Source: Lingula anatina
Taxonomy: Eukaryota; Animalia; Brachiopoda
Direction of reading: 5' to 3'
DNA length: 64,000 nucleotides
Assembly (NCBI GenBank): GCA_051362555.1
Contig: CM120640.1
Coordinates: 5,580,001 to 5,644,000, forward strand
How positions within the stretch are numbered: position 1 is the first letter of the stretch; every line of letters starts with the position of its first letter. The notes beneath the pieces are model-generated. The model saw only the letters and a program-made list of their open reading frames with translations. It did not search any database and had not been told where the DNA came from. A program made the position numbers and the translations under genes. Positions 58,327 to 64,000 of the stretch are shown piece by piece.

Positions 58327-61300
58327 CTATCCACTTCCAAATTTTCCTTTCATCTTTTTGAAAGCCCCCTGCAGTTTTCCCGAGGAAATCTTGTGAAAAT
58401 TGGTCTCATGCTGTGCGGCCAGTGCATGCAAGTCATGCTCGCTGTATTCCAGCATGCGGTTTCGCAAAGATTCTTGAAGCTCTCTGTTTGGCTCAAAGGG
58501 ATATGTTTGCTTCTTGAAAATCCTAATTTGATCAATAACTGTGGCGATAGACCTGATACAGAACAAAGTTATCTATTTAGTAACAATTTCATACGTACAC
58601 AAACTTGCAATATAAACATAAAAGAGGATAAAAAATGATTTAAATAATTTAAAGAATAAAAAAATTATGCTTTAAAGTAAATAACCTCAATCTAATAAAA
58701 TCCTGTAATATAATTAAAAAATTCTGGGTTATTTCATTTTGATTGCTAAAGCAGAAACACACCTCATCTTGGACCATTTGTACATTCCATTGGCAAGAGT
58801 AAACCCTCCAAGTTCCAGCTGCTGTATGTGGAGCAGGAAGAGGATGATGCAGGGAATCGTGGGAACTTGTCTGTCTTCATCTGTCTGTAGCAGACATAGG
58901 CTGTCACTCTTCAGAAATACCTAGAACATGATTTATAACTTGTGAAACATTCTTGATATGTCAAACTGTGCAACTGTGCCTGTTGTACTAACAATATCTT
59001 TTAAATTAAAAAAAAAAAAAAAGATGAAAAACATTTAACACAATGAGTATTGGTAATTGTTTCTAACCTTCACATTGATCAGCTCCTCCATTATAGCAGC
59101 ACTTTTACTGGGCAGGTGGCGCCACACCTAGGTTCAACAAAAATATGTTTTAAATATGTATAGAAAATTGTTAAAAGTGAACATGATAGCAACCAAACGA
59201 AATCTATTTAACAAATTGAATACTTTGATTAAATTACCAAAATACAATAAACTAATACTTATTGCTTGAACAATGGGATTCAAGACAGAAGAAATTGCTT
59301 GCTTACAGGCAGCTGTCTGACTATCAAGTTTTCTAGACCATCCAGTATGGCCATACTGGTGGCAAAGTTCCTGATACTGTGGCAAATTTTGGCTGTGTGG
59401 ATGAACTTGCTCAGCAGGGCAATTTGACTCTGAAAATATTGTTTATTATGCCCTTCTTATAAAGTAAAAGCACAGAATACATAGTATGATGCATACACCC
59501 TACTGAACTGGCATACTTGTACACGCTCAAACACAGAAAATTATTGTAATTATAATTATTAATATTTCCCATAATATTTAAAAAATGAAAAAAATGATAC
59601 TGACTAGCACATCTGTATTTTCAAAATACATTGCAAACAAGGCATTTCTTGTACAACACAAGTTAAGTATATCACCAGAAGAAATTCATTCCCATTTAGC
59701 TTACATCAGATCATTCCCTACCTTAGAGGAGCTGCAGGTGACTAGTTCAGCAGCCACCCAGTATGATATACTCTGGGAATACTCTATCAGGGTGTGTATC
59801 ACAGCATCCTGAACATAGGAGCCAGCAAACAGACTGCTACTCTGAACCTCATCCAGGTTTAACCTGTACAGAGAAAATGATCACAATAAATGGTGGGTTA
59901 TTTAAGTCAACAGTACAGGGTATTTTTTTAATCCACCCTAAATACATAGCAAAATTACTGCAATTTCTCTTATTAGAACATAAATTACACATGACATTTT
60001 GATAAAATTATTCTATACATTTGAATTGTGTCAATAATGATATGCAAATATATATTATGAACAGTGTTCAGCCTTAATTGTAGTAGGCAAAAATAACTTT
60101 GATGTCATTAATATCAATAAATATAAAACCTTAACGAACATTCCTTATGAACATTCCTTATAATTAAATAAACTAATTAAGAATTGACTTGTTTACAGAG
60201 TATGATTCATCCAGGAATGTCTTACCTCTGCACTGAGGCTGCACTGGTGATCATGCCTCCATTAGCCAGAGACACTCCTATCCCCTGAGCCCTGGTGTTC
60301 AGGAAATGTACTGGGTGGACTTGTTGGAATAAAGTCTACAAAACAAGTACAAACACTAAATAAATACGAGATTATCACACACAATTGATGCAATATGTAT
60401 TTCATAGTAGAAATCATACACATGATAGCATATTAGCAATAATAAATTAGAAATGTTTCGATATGTAGAAAATTCAAGATGGTCTGTGAGCCCATTTCAG
60501 TTTCATATGGACTGAACACTCTATTCATTATAGACGGGTTATGTATCCATTTCAGTTATTCATTATAGATGGGTTATGTACCCAATTCAATTATAGATAT
60601 GATCTGTGCCCACATTCAGTTACAGATGAGTCATCTGCCCACTTCAATTCAATATCAGTTTTACCTGTTTCACCATCAAGACAACAACTGACCTGCTCTA
60701 CCAAAGTCAACTGCTCTGCCAGTGTCTGTGAGGTGTAGTCTCCAAGAGTGAAGGCATCAGTCTTCCTGGCCACTGCAGGGAAATACACATCCCCCATGGT
60801 CTCTTTCTTCTTCTTCTCCAGGCATGCCATCAGGCCTGTCTTGGGTTTGGATGGAGTCTTGGGACCCAGGCTCAGGGCTGCCTTCACAAACTCCCACTGC
60901 AATTCATCAATTTTTAAAAATAAAATACCTTAGAAGATTCTTTAACTCTTAAAACCTTTCAGAAAAACCCATCCGTTGACAGGAGAATGAGAACATGTTT
61001 AATCAACTATAGCTGTCAACAAAAATTTTGAAAAAATTGTGTATTTTTTCATTACCTTAGTTGGAGAAGACTCATCTTCATGCACTAGCTCTAATTCCAC
61101 ATCCTCAGAACTGAGAGCATCAGTAACAGCCATGTCCCTGTGCCTGCCTTGTCTACAGGTCTCTATTAGCTGTAGTAAACCATCTGAGTCTGGCTCATCT
61201 GGTAATACCTAGAATACAGAACAAGACAAGAACATCTGATTAGATATTATATTCTAAAAATTAAATCATAAATTTGCTTAATCTTTTAATTTAACTACAT

Positions 61301-64000
61301 TTGTATCTGATGTAATTAATATATTATTTTATATCAAAGTGATATTCATATGTCAGAACAATGACAACAACGAATAACTTCCTGGCAAGTGTACTTCTAC
61401 AACTCTGAACCTGAATGACATAGAGAAAAGCAACAGTTTTGAATTCATCCATAGATCACTTCATCATTTCTAACTATTATTTGATAATTATCATAAAGTA
61501 AGATTGTAGCACCACAGTAATGTGTACATTTATGTGTATTAATTTTCTTATGTGCTGAAATTGCATGTATGATTTTCATTTGGGCTCATGCTTGAAGTCA
61601 ATGTTGTAAAAGCCTAGTGAGGCAGCCTTACCTGTTCTGTGATGACTAGATTCAACATCCTGGCAACACTGGGTTCATGCTTGAAGTCAATGTTGTAAAA
61701 GCCTAGTGAGGCAGCCTTACCTGTTCTGTGATGACTAGATTCAACATCCTGGCAACACTAGGTTCATGCTTGAAGTCAATGTTGTAAAAGCCTTCCATCC
61801 ACACATATAGCAAATCAATGGCACGCTGCTTGACCTTCTCTGCATTCTCATCATCTGGTCTAGATCAAGATAAAATATTGATGATAAGAAAAATATATAC
61901 TTTCATTAATTAACAATACTTCTGATATCTTAGCAGAACTTGTTATTTTTCAAGTTGCCTAATATAAAAAAAACTTCCATAAAATACGGAAAGACAGATA
62001 TGTACAGACTCATAATAACAGTATATTCATTGGATATCTTGGATATGCTGTGTACATATTTTATCACATTTTAGTTTCTCTGAACAGGAACAGCTATAAT
62101 AGCATACCTAGAAGTTGCTGCACTCAGTTTCTCCGTAATAAACTCCAGCAGCTGTGCAGGTGTCACCATGTAGCGGTAGCAGTAGAATAAATGATGGATG
62201 TAGCTCTTCGAGAGGGCGGTGCTGGTACAAAATAGAACATCTATTATGTCACATTTCAATGGTACATAATTTATGAAAATACTAGGAAAAGCTACTAAAT
62301 ATTTACGGTTTTAATAACATAACTAGCAATGACTGAAAATCAATTTTGTGGTTATGCATTTACAGTGACACCTACATTGTAAAACTGAATATATTTCATG
62401 CATAACACATACTGTTTGAAAGTAGTACAAGAAATATGATAATACCACCCATAGTATAGATAACCTACATATACATCTTATACAATTCATATACAATTCA
62501 CTCACCTGGCAAACAAGAAAGCCATGAGTCCCAGTGGAGTGCCAGCCTGGACCAGCTGTTGTTCTGTGCCGTCTGGGTCCCTGATGACCTGGATCTGTAG
62601 TAAGGGGTTGTCTGGCCCCCACTGTAGCTCCAGGGTCCCCGGGGAACACTGGGCAAATGAGTACATGTAGTTCAGGGCCAGACCCTGGCTTTCTGCATAC
62701 AGCATCTGGAATCAGAATTGTGGTTGTTGTTTTTACTTTTTTTCTCTTCATTTTCTCTCTCTATCACACAAACACACAAAAGTCGTTTTTGGTAGACAGG
62801 TCTGCTTTCCCCCCCTAAAATATCATTTGTTTGGATATCCTAGGAAAACAAAAATTTCAAATGTGAAACTGGCAATTAAGTCCAATTTTCTTGCACTATT
62901 AAACAAATTAGATCAAAACGGGTTCTGCCCAAAGTTTGTTACAAAAGTGAAAGGGTATATATAGAATATTCCTATTTGATCCAATGCCAATTGCTCATAA
63001 AACTTACATCCAGATGTTTTCTTGCCTCCTCCAGTAAGGAGAGTTTGTCATTCATCTCGGCAATCTGTTTGGACACACGGGTCAGCATGGTGCGCTGTTC
63101 TGGGGTAGCTGAAATTACCCAAATTATCATACTCACATTCACTTACTGAAGCTAAATGTGAAGAGTTTTACTCATTTGAACTTCTTTTACAAAGGACTAA
63201 GATTAATGATGAACAAGGCAGCAAAGCTGTCAAAAGAAGAGACATAAAAATGACCAAACTAACAACAGCAGTAATGACAACAGATGCATGTGGTGTGATG
63301 GCTAAATGTCTAGTCGCATAGCATTAGTACATAAATTTTTATTGAGCTTTTAACTGAGGCAAATTACCTACTTAATACAATGAACTGACCTTTGCCAAAT
63401 AACCCTTGAAAACCTTACTTTGAAAGTCATCTAATGACAGTTTGAATGGCAATTACCTTTGTGATTTTTGTTTGCATCCAGTAACTTGCTGTAATATTTT
63501 TGAGTTTTCTTCTTCATTTTTAGCTCATACGCTATTTGTTGATCAATCTCGGCCATTTTGGTCATGAGATCTTCTTTCTTTGCTGATCCCTATAACAAAC
63601 AAATATGACATAGGATATTTCACTGATTTCAAACACTATCATCTGCCTGTATCAGAAGACATTGCAAAATAATGATAATAATAATAAGAAGAAGAAGCAG
63701 AATAGAAGAAGAAGAAGAAGAACAACAACAACAACAGTAGCAACAACACTGGTATTCTTCATAACCATCAAGTAACAAATACCAATAGCACTAGCAAATG
63801 TACTATAAGTAGAAATTAAAGTCCAAAATAAACACAACTTCTTACCAGTTCATTCACAATAGACTTCACCATAGTATTGTACTTCCCAGCCACATCAGCA
63901 TAGTAATACACAATGTTTGCTTTCTTCTTCATCTTATCCCCACCACTGCCTGACCACCCCTCAGCCGCAGAAGTGGCTCCACCTTCACTTGACCGATGTC
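58327..64000 (-). CDS. KNDC1: 3' portion of KNDC1/very-KIND-like Ras guanine exchange factor (REM plus CDC25 domains); continues beyond the window
   Basis: QAGTPLGLMAFLFA, YIHHLFYCYRY, LAEQLTLVEQ, GGFTLANGMYKWSKMR, and last exon IATVIDQIRIFKKQTYPFEPN...KMKGKF resemble vertebrate KNDC1 C-terminal domains as recalled. Confidence 0.78.
61582..61793. repeat. 89-bp tandem repeat (about 2.4 units) spanning a KNDC1 exon end and splice donor
   Basis: Units start at 61582, 61671 and 61760 and differ by single substitutions. Confidence 0.92.
63668..63748. repeat. Compound trinucleotide microsatellite (AAT)n-(AAG)n-(AAC)n
   Basis: Directly visible; intronic. Confidence 0.9.

Noticed and set aside
60520-60650. 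Repeated TTATAGA(T/C)GGGTTATGT units as a CRISPR-like or structured array
   Set aside because: A degenerate intronic minisatellite with no unique spacers, in a eukaryotic context.
61381-61410. Possible micro-exon in the KNDC1-like gene
   Set aside because: It has an acceptor-like CAG but no donor, and the flanking exons already join in phase 0.

Overview
AT-rich, intron-containing animal genomic DNA. It looks invertebrate (lophotrochozoan/mollusc-like), but the species cannot be fixed from sequence. In order, the window holds: a small orphan ORF (MGCGAS start, duplicated RYG[K/R] motif); a tandem array of four 8-exon bacterial-type D-3-hydroxybutyrate dehydrogenase (SDR) genes whose two middle copies look like hybrids of the outer two and whose introns carry a decayed Tc1/mariner element, a 2-kb TTAA-flanked Kolobok-like transposon and several tiny palindromic insertions; mitochondrial Hsp70 (HSPA9, minus strand) hosting four candidate intronic box C/D snoRNAs; head-to-head pairs SUCLG1/GOLGA7 and PLPBP/PANK; a 5'-truncated Rex1/Babar-like LINE with an intact RT ORF; and the 3' part of a KNDC1-like RasGEF gene. 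The most notable items are the three-copy snoRNA with two antisense elements to abutting 18S rRNA segments, the orphan small protein and the chimeric BDH array. Gene models were spliced by eye, and rRNA targets were matched from remembered conserved 18S sequence, not a database search.
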